Below the pieces are notes generated by a model. That model ran no database searches. It was not told the DNA's origin and was given only the letters and a program-made list of their open reading frames with translations. Both the position numbers and the translations under genes were made by a program. This document shows positions 28,328 through 42,999 of a stretch of DNA of 64,000 nucleotides, piece by piece. Position 1 is the stretch's first letter, and each line of letters opens with the position of its first letter. The DNA lies in the NCBI RefSeq assembly GCF_009914755.1, contig NC_060926.1. One strand, given 5' to 3'. Origin of the DNA: the human T2T-CHM13v2.0 reference genome, Homo sapiens.

Positions 28328-28511
28328 CACAAACCGCCATATTAGCGTGATCACACCAAAATACCAGCTTGTGTTTACAGTTTCAGTCCTCCTGATGGCG
28401 GATGGGCGCGTGTACACGAGCACTCGCTCTGTGTGCACTGAATAGGATCACGATCCGGAGAGCTGAAAATGTAAACACAAGCTGGTATTATGGTGTGACT
28501 GGCGGTTTGTG
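28328..28511. repeat. ~185-nt imperfect inverted repeat (hairpin element)
   Basis: 28351-28386 pairs with 28463-28498 (34/36, 20 bp perfect); outer 12-bp and inner stems also pair. Confidence 0.93.
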
Positions 28512-29046
28512 GTTCTTTGTTTGAATACTTTAAAAATGGGCACCCTGGTAAGAACAAAAGAGGCAGAAAGCAGAACTGCTCTTAAATGGCTCCTCTCATC
28601 TTTGTCCCTCCTCAGGTAGACCCGAAATAACTTATCCGCTTGACGGGGTCCCCAGGAACCATGTGTTTTTGCCTAGTTGGCTAAGCTTCAATGCAACAGT
28701 TTTGTTTTCAAATGCAGGCCGTTAATACTTTGCCTTTGGTAGTTTTAAATTATTTTCCGAGTATTTGCAAGCATTGTACTTCTCCAGTTATTATTTGTAC
28801 CAAAATCTTCCACCTTGCAAATTCATTGCAATTTGATATGTTTAAGTAAGAACCTAAATGTCTTATATGGCCTTTTTAAAAAATTTGCAAGTTAACAATG
28901 GTTCTCTCACCCCAAATGAAGATTGGCACCAATCTAACTCTATTAGACAACATATCTACCTACCACTCTTGCTTATGCAATTTTAGTCATTGATTTTGAA
29001 GTGCAGAAGTTGATCTCAAGAGAAATGTAAAGAGTAAAAAATTTAA

Positions 29047-29419
<373 letters not shown>

Positions 29420-32169
29420 CATTCCTCCATCTTAACACTACATGAGTTTGATCATTGGCCCCTTCACTGTAAACTTTGATTCTTAAATAGATTGACTTGT
29501 AGAGTGAAGAGATTACCATATCATTGCAAGGAGAAAATACAGACATATAAAGAAGAAAGTTTGAAAAAAACTTATTTCCTCAAAAATGTCAATACAGCAC
29601 ATGATATGCTTGACTTGGTGGTAAAGTACGCTGTTTTGATTTTTAAAGAACAACATTCTCCCTTTGGAATTAGTTATATCATTGTTGCCAAAAAAAGGTA
29701 ACTAAAGGAACAGTGGATAGTTTGGCAGATCCCTTTTCTTAAATAAAAGTTACAAATTGATTTTACACCTATTGAAGCAGCCATTCGCCACTGTAAACTT
29801 ATTTCTGACAACTGTTTCTTTTAGAATCCAGTAAGTAATTGAAAAACAAAAGTGATTTTCTCAATACAGTTGAAAAGTAGTTAATGTAAAGACATAAATA
29901 CAAACAGCTCCTGGTTGTAGACAGTTTTGATGTAGACTGCAGTTCTTAATAAAGGAATAAAGAGGGATCTTAGCTTGGGATGTTTTAATGAAATGCCACT
30001 CAAATGGAAGCAAGTGATTTCAGAAGTGTTGTCAGTCACTTTAGACTGAAGAGAAATAACAAGAAATAACTTTTAAAATATCAAATAATTTGCACTAAAA
30101 TGTTATACCGTAGCACCTCACCTTTGAATAGGCCAACAATTTACCTTGTTTAAAACATACTGTACTTGATCACTTCACGAAACTGCACAACTTGACTGAC
30201 CTTTGTCATCTTGTATCTTGATTATCTCTCTCCATGTGAGATCCCCCACCAAGACAGCTTGCAAGCATTTCACAAATTATAATAAAAGAACCACCTATAT
30301 GTACGTCAATACTGACATATCTGGATCTTGTTATTTTCACCTGGGGTATGGTTAGGCTCAATTGAAAACCAAATTATGGAATGAATAGATTTCCTGGAAG
30401 AGTGAGTTTGGTCTTATTTTACATACACATTTTCAGAACAACCATATGAAGCTGTTTTGGAGATTCATTATCTACGGTAATATGTTCAGATATATAAATA
30501 ATTAATATACAAAGAATTGAATTTTCACAAGTTTTTAGCCCCAATATAACATAAACTCCTATCTTGTGTGCCATATTTCGTATTCTGGAGAAAAAAAAAT
30601 TCTATGCTATAGGAATTCATAACTTTAGCTTTTCATTTTAGTGGTTTTAAAAAGTTTTTATTTCAAATATATGATTATAATTTTACAGATAGTTCAAAAC
30701 ATCTATGAGCTTGCAGACATCCTTATTACTCCTCATAATTTGCATTGGCCCATCCACTTTTTGATGTCATGATTTTACTTAGCTACCTCATCCTATTAGC
30801 ATTTACAGATAAATGCGGCCTTTCAGATTAGAAGGTCTTTGGCAAATTTATCTTGTGGAAACTAGCTAAGAAAGGTAGAGTGGGTGTCACAAAATGCTGC
30901 AACAATTTCCCACTTCTACATCTAACAATGAGGGTTTTTAAGAAAGTCAAAAAAGTTCTAGAGATGGACGGCAGTGATGATTGCACAGCAATGTGAATAG
31001 TTAAAATGGTTTCATATTAAATATATTTTACAGCAATACAAAATAGAGTTAAGATTAATCTGAATGAGAAATTAGGGACTGACTCTAAGAACCTACTTGC
31101 CTCACAAAATGCAACTATACTACAGAAAAGATGCGAAAATATCTGAGAGATTAAGCAGAAAAACCAAACATTCTTCCCAACTCATTGGAGCAAACACTTA
31201 GGAGTTCTTTGCCATTGGAGTTCATTCAAATTCAAATTAATCATGTAAAGTAGCCAAAAGATAATATTAAAGTAAGGCAAAATTTATTAAATATTCTTTA
31301 TTCTCTCCTCTATATTTTTTAACTGGCCATTTTTATTTGTCCAGGTTGTTATTTTTTTAAGTCCATGCACATGAGCATATAAGTTATCTGTATGACTACT
31401 TCTAAAAATGAAAATGAATAAAGTAAAAAGAAGTGAAAAATAACACTGCCTTAAATACTAGTGAATTTTAAGTAGTTGAATTTTTTAAAGTAAACTCTAA
31501 GTCATACTTTAGGGCCTACTTTCCCACTTTTTAATAGCTTTCTAAAAAAATTCAAACCTTGAAGTGCATGCAATTAGAAACATGCAACAGTGAGGCTAGG
31601 CTTAGTCACAGTACTATTTCAATGCAAGCGGCTTCTATTTTTGTGTCCTACGGAAAAATAGGATTAGAATGTTCTAACCTCTGCTCATTCTGTAGGTGAG
31701 AGTATTAAGTTGGCTGTTTAAAAAATTGGGGGATTGGTTCCTTTTTAGTCAGTTCTTTCTCATGTTTAAGTTACTAGGCGATTATTTTACTAAGATTTGG
31801 AGCATTAAGGGCATACAATTAATTTTATATTAATAATCAGCTCCAAACTTTCCTGAATAGACTGCTATGGATGTGGCTTATCTATGAGTATCGGGACATG
31901 GTTTCTGCCTCATACTCATATTGTCCTACTGGTTTTGTGCCCTAGCTGCATGGTTTCTAAGGCACTCCATTATCTAAATCAGCACACTGTTATATAAATT
32001 TATAGAACCTCAGAGCTGGATGAATTTTGAACACATCTAGTTCAAGCACCCATCTGATGATGTTTGTACTTACACGGCCTTAGTATTAATAATTCTAGGG
32101 GTGGTAATACTTACTATTACTGGGGCATATATAATTGAGAACAGGAAAACTAATAAGCCAGGAACAAGT

Positions 32170-32280
32170 TACTATTTCCTCATCTGCAAAAGATGTATAG
32201 GATTGAAGATTAAACGAAATAACCTATATAAGCATACCTAGCACAGTGCTAGAAATATAACACATACTAAAAATAGTTAT
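32170..32280 (+). mobile_element. MIR fragment
   Basis: tttcctcatctgcaaaa..gaagattaaacga..cctagcacagtgc. Confidence 0.7.
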
Positions 32281-33944
32281 ACTTAAATCCATTTGCATCA
32301 CACTTATTACTCTTTTTGTTCCCAAGTATCGAGTCCTATTTAATGTCACATAGTTTTTTTTGGTACTTGGTTGTCTATTATGATGTTAAGGTTGAAGTTG
32401 TTGAAGTGTCATTAACCTAATATTATGATATAGAACCAGTTCACAGTTTTTTTAAATGAAAGAAAAATGAAGATACTTCTATTACATACTATATTCTTGT
32501 GACATTAGGGCTTTGGATATGTCAAGATAAATTTACATAAATATTTACTTGTTCATTTAATTCACTTTCCTATTCACTCACTCTAATGCTAAAAGCTTTG
32601 TAAACATCACTAGAAATTTTGGAGTCTTTTGACAGCCTCAATGAATGCTTGTTTTTACAAATCCAAAGCTCCTCTTCTACTTCATTCTACATTTTGGTTG
32701 ACTAGATAACAGAGGAGTATGAAAACCTATTAACTTCTAAATCTAAAATACCTCACATGTCTATTTCTTAATTTTATATGTAGATATAAGAAAACTGGTA
32801 AAAATTCAGATACCTACCTTCAGCTGAGTATTATGGTCTTTGAGCCATATTTTCAAATGTTCTTAGATATTTCTAGTTCTATGATTATTATTACAGCAAT
32901 CTGATTATAAGCAGTTTTGGTAAAGGTAAATTAATTTAAATTATGAAGATGTGACTTAAAAAACCTTAAAGTAATTAGCAGCTCTGGTTTACCTGAAAGA
33001 CACAGTTATTAGAAGCATGTAATTTAGTATCAGCACATCTCTAATATCAGTGTTATTTAAAGCTATACATTAAGAGTCATAAGCATCTGTAGTGACAGAA
33101 GAAGCATGCAGCAAAGTACTGAAAAACTGGAATAGAATTAATTGCTTTTGGTCTACCCACTTCAAATTAGAAAATAGCAACAGAAAAAAAAATTAAACAC
33201 TAAATGTATTCGTTAGGCAGGATCAGCAATCATGCTGCCCACACATGATCTGCAATGAATTTGTAAATAAGATTCATCACCTGGAGGATAATAAACTCTA
33301 GTTTAATGGTCCAAAAGACTAGAAAAGTAAAAACTACTAATGACTGTACTGTATAAACACAGGAGTAAGAATGTACATTGGTTGAGCAAATAGGATAACA
33401 AGGAGAGTCCGTTTTGTTGTTAAAGTAGACCAAAAGATACACGACATTTATCTGGAAGTTTTTCTAAGGTGTTAACACTGCTCAAAACAGGGTCACTGAA
33501 AGGGAATGGAAAAGTGTTACTACCAGGTAAAGACAGCAAAAGTTGATTTTTAGAAAGAGTTGGTATTTTAAAAAATAAGGATCATTGTAAAAAAAGCTGA
33601 TATAGTTACCTTAATTTTAGTTAATTTTTCATAATTGCATATTAGAAAGTTTTACTAATAATAATCTGAAATGATTTTAGTACACTATCTTCAGCTGTCA
33701 TTCTGACAATGAAGAGATATCTTCAAGTATTATTTATTAAGTATTAAATAAAATTTTAAGTATTACTTTAGTAGAGTCTTTGATGTGAACTACATTTCCT
33801 CTTGTAAGTTATAGCTCTATAACACATCTTAATTTTGAATCCAAAACAAAACACTCAACTTCACATCCATCAAGTGAGAATTTCTTCCTAACGGCAAGCT
33901 AAGAACCTTGACAAGCACAGAGGTAAAAGAATTAGTTGCAGTGT

Positions 33945-34082
33945 TTATTTAAAATTCACAGTTCTGGTCTCTACCTCATACCAACTGAAACAGTCTCTGG
34001 CGTTGTAACCCTGGAATCTGTATACAATTGTAACAAGATCTCTACTTGATTCTTATGCATACTAAAGCTTGAGAATGACTTT
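33945..34082. mobile_element. MER5A-like hAT fragment
   Basis: ggaatctgtat..taacaag..tgattcttatgcatactaaagcttgagaa. Confidence 0.65.
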
Positions 34083-34179
34083 ACTGGTTAATATTCATGC
34101 TTGTCCTAAGTTTCTTTAAATATTTCCCTTTTATAAACAAAATTATTATTTTTTCAGTAGTCACAGAAATACATTTACA

Positions 34180-34481
34180 GGCCAGGCATGGTGGCTCAAG
34201 CCTGTAATCCCAGCACTTTGGGAGGCAGAGGTGGGCGGATCACCTGAGGTCTGGAATTTGAGATCAGCCTGGCCCACATGATGATACCCTGTCTCTACTA
34301 AAAAATACAAAAATTAGCTGGGTGTGGTGGCATGCACCTGTAATCCCAGTTGCTTAGGAGGCTGAGGCAGGAGAATCTCTTGAACCCGGGAGGCAGAGGT
34401 TGCAGTGAGCCAAGATCATGCGACTGCACTGCACTCCAGCCTGGGTGACACAGCGAGACTCAGTCTCAGACCAAAAAAAAA
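34180..34481 (+). mobile_element. AluS
   Basis: Full dimer. Confidence 0.95.
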
Positions 34482-35213
34482 GACTTAAGATTACTTATAT
34501 AAAGTAAGTAAGTTATCAGACCTGCAGTCACTTTAATGGAATCAATAATATTATTAATGCTAAAATTAAAAGGGAACAGAAGTCAAAGGGGAATCTTAAT
34601 ATAGGAAATAACATTCAAGTTTTTGAATGCTCTAGAACTCAGTTATTAATTAGAAATATAATCAATATTTAAAATATACCACTTTTAAGCAACTTTAACT
34701 ATCAAAACATCTCAGTACTTCAAATGATCTAGATGTCATAGATCACACAAAACAGATTCCATAAAATATTGTAAAGCCCATGTAATTCACAAATAAGACT
34801 TGTATTAGACCCAATTCTAATAACTTCATTTATCTGGTTTATTTGAACACAGTACATGAAAGGTGGCAATATTTATAAATGAAAGTTGGGGAAAGAAGAC
34901 ACTTGTTATTAGTAGTTGCTTTTAAAAAGTACTATCTGGAAAAAAGGAAAAACATGCTTATTTAAAAACAAGCCTCAAATTACAATTCTACTAAAATACT
35001 GTAAAGAGTTATCTCAAAATGTATAATTATCTGGGGCCATTTAATGTAGGGTCAAATACTTCAGAATAATTTGTATGTCATTGTGTAGTATCATGATTGA
35101 TGATCACTATTAATTATCAGGAAACAGGTTTATAAACCCTAGTTTAGGAAGGGAGAGAAATGTGTCACCACTTTTAGATGGATTGCTTAAAAGTAACAAT
35201 TCTTAAGGAATAA

Positions 35214-35516
<303 letters not shown>

Positions 35517-35638
35517 TAATTCTTAAAGAGGTACATTTCACCTATCATGAAAAGTCACCAGTTGGATTTACCTCAAAGGAAGACAAGGTTTTTCCCCAAA
35601 TAGTTTAACTTAAAGAATAGGGATTGTTACTTAGACAT

Positions 35639-35657
35639 AGGCGCCATCTAGTGGCAA
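35639..35657 (-). promoter_or_regulatory. CTCF binding motif
   Basis: Minus strand TTGCCACTAGATGGCGCCT matches the CTCF core CCACNAGRKGGCR and is isolated in AT-rich DNA. Confidence 0.8.
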
Positions 35658-35681
35658 AAAGTAATATGAAACTGGCTTTCA

Positions 35682-37158
35682 TATGGTACGTTGTCAATAA
35701 GCATTAGTTCCTTTAATTCTTTCACCCTTTTATTAATATAGATGAGCAAGCAAGACTAGTCAATAGTAAAAACTGAACAGGTACTGAAAGAAAATATTGT
35801 AGATGAAATATGATTAGACAAGAAAGGATTTAAGATGTTTTGAGTAAGAGCTGGAAGCGTGACAGATATAAAACAACAAAGAAGGAGCAAAAGGCATATA
35901 AGCTGGGAGCATAATAACTAGAGGACTTGCTAAAATCTTTTTTAAAATTGTCTATTTTAAATTGCACAGATTGAACTGAAGATTGTTTATTGAAGTTGAA
36001 AGGAATAGAGATGGCTGAAGATAACAAAGTGAGGAAGAAGTCAAAGATGATGAAGATACTGTTAATGTAAATAGGGAAGATACAGAGCATACAAAATGAA
36101 AGTCAATACCAATAGAGTTTAAGAAAAAACTTCATTGGAGATTGATTATAGATATGTTTATTATGTACAGGCATCTTATGGGGAATAGTTTTCTTACATT
36201 TTATTATTTCCTTGTATTTTATTAATATGGAGTAGAATCCTCTCTTTGATGAGGGTGGTTACATGGGACATTATTATACATTCAGAAATTAGCTGGTCAT
36301 AAGGCAAACTGGGTTTTCTGATTATAGTTAACCCACAAGTGTGTATTAAATAACTACTCTATATAACTAGACAAATTCTAGGGAATAGGTAACATTGAAA
36401 GAAAAAATAATCTTTGCTCATAATCTAACAAAATAAGCTAATAATCTAACAAAATGACAAGGGGTTAATTACAACTGATAATATTTCATAGAAAAAATAA
36501 TATAAAAGGCATTCCAAACTTATGACTACCATCTAATCAAAGCTCAAGAAAGGGGGTTCCTGCTTATCCTGGTGCTTTGTGCCAGCCTAAGAGAAAGTAA
36601 CTCTATTAAATTTTATACTGTGGGCTTATTATTTGGTTTGACATATATTTCTATACTTTTGGATACTGCTATGTTCAAACATAAATACAAAATACATTTT
36701 TTCCAAAGTTAAAATTGGAATTCTTTTTTTAATCAGCCACCATTTTGGATTAGGAGGCAGTATATGAGATGAAGAGTAGATAGGGTTTAGAAATAGATGG
36801 CCATGGATTGAACCCCAGTTCTGCCAATTTTTAGTTTTTAGCCTGTTTGCAAAGTATTCAAATTCTCTGAGCCAACCTTTTGTTCTATAAAGAATTAATA
36901 ATGTCGATTATGTAAAACCATAAGTGGCATTGCCTGGCTATGGTAAGTTTTCAATAAACTTTAGTTCCTTTAATTCGTTGACCCTTTTGTTACTATAGAT
37001 ATGCAAGTCTAGTCAATAGTAAAAACTGAACGGAAATATGTTAGATGGAATATGATTAGACAAGGAAGGATTTAAGATGTTTTGAGTAAGAGCTAGAAGA
37101 GAGTGACAGATATAAAATGACAAAGAAGGAGCAAAATGCATATAAGCTAGGAGTATAA
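35682..37158 (+). repeat. Diverged ~220-bp direct duplication (35682-35914 and 36939-37158)
   Basis: Shared ctagtcaatagtaaaaactgaac, atatgattagacaag, aggatttaagatgttttgagtaagagct, gtgacagatataaaa, acaaagaaggagcaaaa.gcatataagct. Confidence 0.92.
36760..36965 (+). mobile_element. MIR
   Basis: ggattgaaccccagttctgcca..gcaaagtattcaaattctctgagcc..tcaataaa. Confidence 0.7.
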
Positions 37159-37558
<400 letters not shown>

Positions 37559-37870
37559 TTAAAGATCTATTTTATATGATAGACAATAGGGAACCACAGT
37601 ATTTTCTTGAAAAATAGTGAAATACATTGAAAATTAGCTGGTTTTCCACCTTATGTTGCCATTGAACTGACTCAATCTAAATGCACAGTGATATGTGAGT
37701 CTAAGGAAGAAAGAAAAGAGGGTCAAATACCTCATGTCTGTATCTGGTCAGAAACCCTAAAGGAAAGTCTAAAAGAGTTGTTAAAATAGTTATTTTTTTC
37801 CTAGACTCCTGCAGTGCTCAATATGTATTTGTAGCATTTTCTGTTTCTATCTTTATGTTTTTTCTTTTTG

Positions 37871-37964
37871 TCTTTCTTATTCATCATTTTTATTGTTTTA
37901 ATAGTTTTTAAAACATTCATTTCTTTCTCATTCATCATTTTTATTGTTTTAACAGTTTTTAAAA
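37871..37964 (+). repeat. 51-bp-period tandem duplication
   Basis: tctttct(t/c)attcatcatttttattgttttaa(t/c)agtttttaaaa twice. Confidence 0.88.
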
Positions 37965-38034
37965 AGGCAAAGCATAATAACATTTTAATTTTTATTAACA
38001 AGTATATCAAAATTCTTAGGGAAAAAATGAATAA

Positions 38035-38347
<313 letters not shown>

Positions 38348-38358
38348 CGCAACAGTTA

Positions 38359-38752
<394 letters not shown>

Positions 38753-38809
38753 CTAAGCTACACTATTTAAATTTTCTATATCAAATAATATCTATCATCA
38801 TAAAATTCA

Positions 38810-39148
38810 TTTTATAATTTTAATTTTTAACTTGTATGGCTACATAATAGTTGTACATATTTACAGGGTACATGTATTTTTATACAAACATACAATGTGT
38901 AATGATCAAATCAGGGTAACTGGGATATCCATCACCTCAACATTGTTATTTATTTGGGAACATTCAACATCCATTCCTCTAGTTATTTTGAAATATATAA
39001 TAAATTATTGCTAACCAAAGTAATGATTGTTAACTATGGCTACTATAGTTAACAATAACAATCTAGTGTGCCACCTAACACTAGATCTCATTTCTAGTAC
39101 GTAACTGCATTTTTTGCACCCATTAACCAATCCCTCTTTATCCACCCT
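38810..39148 (-). mobile_element. L1MA-type 3' end
   Basis: catacaatgtgtaatgatcaaatcagggtaactgggatatccatcacctcaa. Confidence 0.85.
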
Positions 39149-39445
39149 TAAAAGTATTTAAAGTAAGTAATTCTACCTGAATATGGCCCTTGTCTTAGAA
39201 AAATAAAATAAAACGAGAAAAAAAACTATCTCTAGGTAAATGTTTTATAAATAGATTCTTATCATAAATGACAGTAGGTCCTGTCACAAGAATTAGATTA
39301 TAGTTTTCTTCAGCAGAACACAGACATAACTGATCATTCAAAATCTTTTCCTACGTCTTATAAACTAAGCACATGGGCTCTCATGTTTGCATACTTCACA
39401 CTTAATATTTTAACAATGTAAATTATGTAAGCCGCAGAGCTGTTG

Positions 39446-39565
39446 TTCTCTTTCTTTCCCTTTCTTCTTTCTTTCTCTCTCTCTCTTCTCTTTCTTTCTT
39501 CTTTCTTTCCCTCCCTCCCTCTCTCTCTTTCCCTCCCTCCCTCTCTTTCTCTTTCTTTCTTTTCT
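39446..39565 (+). repeat. CT-rich low-complexity tract (Alu-tail derived)
   Basis: Mixed (CTTT)n/(CCCT)n/(CT)n. Confidence 0.85.
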
Positions 39566-40060
39566 TTTTTTTTTTTGAGACAGGGTGTTGCTCTGCTGCC
39601 CAGGCTGGAGTGCAGTGGTGTGATCACAGCTCACTGCAGCCTCGATCTCCTGCCTCAGCCTCCTGAACAGCTGGGACTGCAGGTATAGGCCACCACACTG
39701 GCTATTTATTTATTTGTTGTGAGACAGCGTGTGATTCTATCACTCAGGCTGGAGTGCAGTAGCACCATCTCAGCTCACTGCAACCTCTGCCTCCTTGGCT
39801 CAAGCCATCCTCTCACCTCAGCCTCCAGGGTGGCTAAGACTACAGACATGTGCTACCACATCCAGCTAATTTTTGTATTTTTGGTAGGGACAGGGTTTTG
39901 CCATGTTGCCCAGGCTGGCCTCAAACTCCTGGGCTCAAGTGATCCTCCCACCTTGGCCTCCCAATGTGCTGGGATTACAGATGTGAGCCACTGCTCCTTG
40001 CTTTTTTTTTTTTTTTTAAGTCAGAGACAAGATCTGGCTATGTGCCCAAGCTGGAGAGCA
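39566..40060 (-). mobile_element. Cluster of three minus-strand AluJ pieces
   Basis: Right monomer 39566-39704, full AluJ ~39705-39997, fragment ~40002-40060. Confidence 0.88.
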
Positions 40061-40205
40061 GTTGTTCTTAACCTCCATGTTGAAATTGATTGGTTGGTGT
40101 TCCATGGTTGTGAGATTTGCCAAAAGTAGTATGTTACTAATAGAGAATAAACAGTATTTGATCTTAAATCTTCACTGGTTAAAGATATAAAAGAGGCCAA
40201 GAAGT

Positions 40206-40840
<635 letters not shown>

Positions 40841-40854
40841 AAGGGCTTTTACTA

Positions 40855-41145
40855 TGCTTGTGGTTGTGCACATTCAATTTTAATTCACAATCCATTTTAG
40901 AACGTTTTATCACCCCCGACCAGAGAAAAACCCTGTGAACATTAGTCACTCCTCATTCTGTCTCAAACCCTCTCCCTGACCCTCAGCCCTAGGTAACAAC
41001 TGCATAGAGCGATCAACCCCATATGCATAGATTTCCATATTGTGGACATTTCCTATAAACGGAATTGCATAATACGTGAGCTTTGATGACTGACATAACA
41101 CTTTTAGCACAATATTTTCAAGATTCATCCACATTGCAGCCTTAC
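40855..41145 (-). mobile_element. L1MB-type 3' fragment
   Basis: ttttagaacgttttatcacccc..cccagccctaggtaac..ggacatttcctataaacggaat..ttttcaagattcatccac. Confidence 0.75.
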
Positions 41146-41195
41146 CCACAGGGGGAAACCATTTTTTTGGGGTTTTAGTAACACTGGGTGTTTTC

Positions 41196-41255
41196 TCCTT
41201 CCTTCCTTCCTTCCTTCCTTCCTTCCTTCCTTCCTTCCTTCCTTCCTTCCTTCCT
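41196..41255 (+). repeat. (CCTT)n microsatellite
   Basis: About 14 perfect units. Confidence 0.95.
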
Positions 41256-41473
41256 ATTTCTCTCTTACTCCTTCTGCCCTCTCTCTTTCATGTGCCTTAG
41301 GTGCATCCTACGTTCTGCGTCTTTTTGGGGAATCCTCGACAGGTGCTGGAAAATTGTGTTATTGTAATTATTTACCGCTATCTCTCTTTCATGGTTCTCC
41401 ATCAGTTGTAAGCATCTATTGGTTTATCCCAGGTCACTAAGTATATTTTAATTAGGCACACCTGTTTTTCTTT

Positions 41474-41612
41474 ATACAGCTGTTTCTGGAGTATAGGGTC
41501 GCATGCTCATAAACCCAGTGTAACTCAGAAACGCATCTAATATTCCAATAAACCCATCATAACGTTGAAAAATCATAAACCAAACCATCATAAGTCACGG
41601 TTTGTCCGTGGA
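41474..41612. mobile_element. MER47/Tigger-type MITE remnant
   Basis: ataaacccatcataacgttgaaaaatcataa..aaccatcataagtc. Confidence 0.55.
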
Positions 41613-41984
41613 TATGGGCTTCATCAATTCCATTGTATTCAATAATGCTGTACACCATTAACAATGGCAGACTGATAGGGCGTGGATATTGATAGCATTA
41701 TAAAAATCAGTTATTAGAGGGATACTTTAACCTGACTGAAGAACTGATCTAATGGTATTAGTACAGTGCATGATTATGTGAAATGTTTTGAGACAGAGTA
41801 GTACATTTGTGAATGAAATTTTATGGCTTTTTTCACTTAGTAGGAACCTTTGTGTGTGGAAAACTGAGAAAATTGCTTTCTGCTGTAGAGTCTGGCATTC
41901 ATTGTAGATTAAAGCTTATTTTTCTGTGAGTAAATCTTATTCAATAAAATACTACTCTTTATAATAAAAAACAAAAACACTGGT

Positions 41985-42300
41985 GATGTGAAGTCATTAT
42001 CCTCAGCAAACTAATCCAGGAAAACAAAACCAAACGCCACATTCTCACTTATAATGGGAGCTGAAAAATGGGATCACATGGACACAGGAAGGGGAACAAC
42101 ACATACTGGGGCCTTTTGGGAGGCAGAGCGTTAAGAAAAACAGCTACTGCATGCTGGGCTTAATACCTAGGTGTTGGGTTGACAGGTGCAGCAAACCACC
42201 ATGGCACACGTTTACCTTAGTAACAAATCTGCACATCCTGCACATATACCCCAGAACTTAGAAACAAAACGAAACAAAAGAAAACGAGAAAGCAATAGCA
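41985..42300 (+). mobile_element. Older L1PA 3' UTR fragment
   Basis: gctgggcttaatacctaggtg.tgggttgacaggtgcagcaaaccaccatggcacacgtttacc. Confidence 0.88.
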
Positions 42301-42479
42301 AAACGCTAACGGCAAAACAAAGTTTCAAACTCAGAAAGTGACAGACCAATTTTTGGTTCAAATCATGGTTCTCAACCCAGGTGCCATAAGGTCAGGATAA
42401 AGAATTTGATTACGTATTGTAAATAAGACATGCAGCAAATGACCAGAAAAATTATTCCCAACATATGTGTGTCTTCGAA

Positions 42480-42990
42480 TTCAACGGTGACGCTATCTAC
42501 CGGGACACAGCATTAGATTCCAAAGGGCCGAGTCCCGCAAGACTGGCCTCCCACACTAATAACAATGGGAAGCCCTACGTTGTTTTACCTGTGCTTCTCA
42601 GCAACTGGCTATAAATCAGGTTTCCACCACTCCCAGTTTTAGTTGCATTCATTTGCTGGAAGAGCTCACAGCACGCAGGGAAACACTGACATTTCCCATT
42701 GTATTTTTCTGAAAAAAATTCAGAAAAAAATTTTGGGCCCGGCACGTGGGGAGGGGCGCACTGCCTTCCAGGAAGTGTTATCCAGAAGCTCTCTAAACCC
42801 AGTCCTTTTGGGTTTTTATGGAGACCTCATTCTATAGGCATGATGGGTTAAACCATAGGCTATTGGTGATCAGCTCAACCTGAGGCTCTCAACTCTCCCT
42901 GGAAATTGGGGTTGAGGCTTTGCCATTCTCAGTCTGAGTAAAAGAATTTACACAAACGGAATTTTAAAACAGATTAGCATAACAGGAAAC
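42480..42990. mobile_element. MER21/MER77-like LTR remnant
   Basis: ctatctacc..gtcccgcaagactg..ggctataaatcagg..gaagctctctaaacccagtccttttgggtttttatggag. Confidence 0.7.
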
Positions 42991-42999
42991 TTAATTAGA

